Shown piece after piece: positions 63,841 to 64,000 of a DNA stretch of 64,000 bases (positions are counted from its first letter, which is position 1; every line of letters begins with the position of its first letter). The notes beneath the pieces were generated by a model. That model was given only the letters and a program-made list of their open reading frames with translations. It had not been told where the DNA came from and did no database searches. The position numbers and the translations under genes were made by a program. Origin of the DNA: Basidiobolus meristosporus CBS 931.73 (lineage: Eukaryota; Fungi; Basidiobolomycota); assembly GCA_002104905.1 (NCBI GenBank), contig MCFE01000114.1:62001-126000 (forward strand). The letters are read 5' to 3'.

Positions 63841-64000
63841 TTAGAGGGTCTTGAGTGCCTTCTTTGGTGGCTATCATTGTTTATTAAAGCATTGTCTTCT
63901 TCCTACATATTTGCACTGGATTTTCTAAATTCCATATCTAGGACTTCTATATGGATACTTTAAGATCATAACCTCAGTTCTGCACTCTAGGGCTTATAAG
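63841..64000 (-). pseudogene. Copia B gag fragment running off the window
   Basis: Diverged match to 55060-55200. Confidence 0.6.

Noticed and set aside
1-64000. Helitron, LINE, DIRS/tyrosine-recombinase or viral genes
   Set aside because: I saw no Rep/helicase, APE-RT, tyrosine recombinase or capsid/polymerase motifs in any frame examined.

Overview
This window is a eukaryotic, probably fungal, block of nested transposable elements. I found no host gene, rRNA, tRNA or CRISPR array in it. Contents: (1) an RT-deleted Ty3/gypsy chromovirus at 1-4082 with a Tf1-like self-priming site, plus a solo LTR of it; (2) at least seven copies or fragments of a CACTA/EnSpm-type DNA transposon with CCC termini, 3-bp TSDs and two divergent genes, including a structurally complete copy at 11340-17111; (3) a 4.3-kb PHIS-type (DDE_Tnp_4) element at 21556-25894 and its ~0.7-kb fold-back derivatives, all with AAT/ATT TSDs; (4) two Ty1/copia families with half-tRNAiMet PBS, one very young copy (28261-32946, LTRs differ at 1 of 369 nt) and about six decayed copies of a second family; (5) solo LTRs and gypsy relics. 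TSDs let insertions be ordered up to four layers deep. Decay is dominated by CpG>TpG/CpA changes. Two inverted copia copies share a 308-bp near-identical tract that looks like local gene conversion. All boundaries and mismatch counts were read by eye; no database searches were run.
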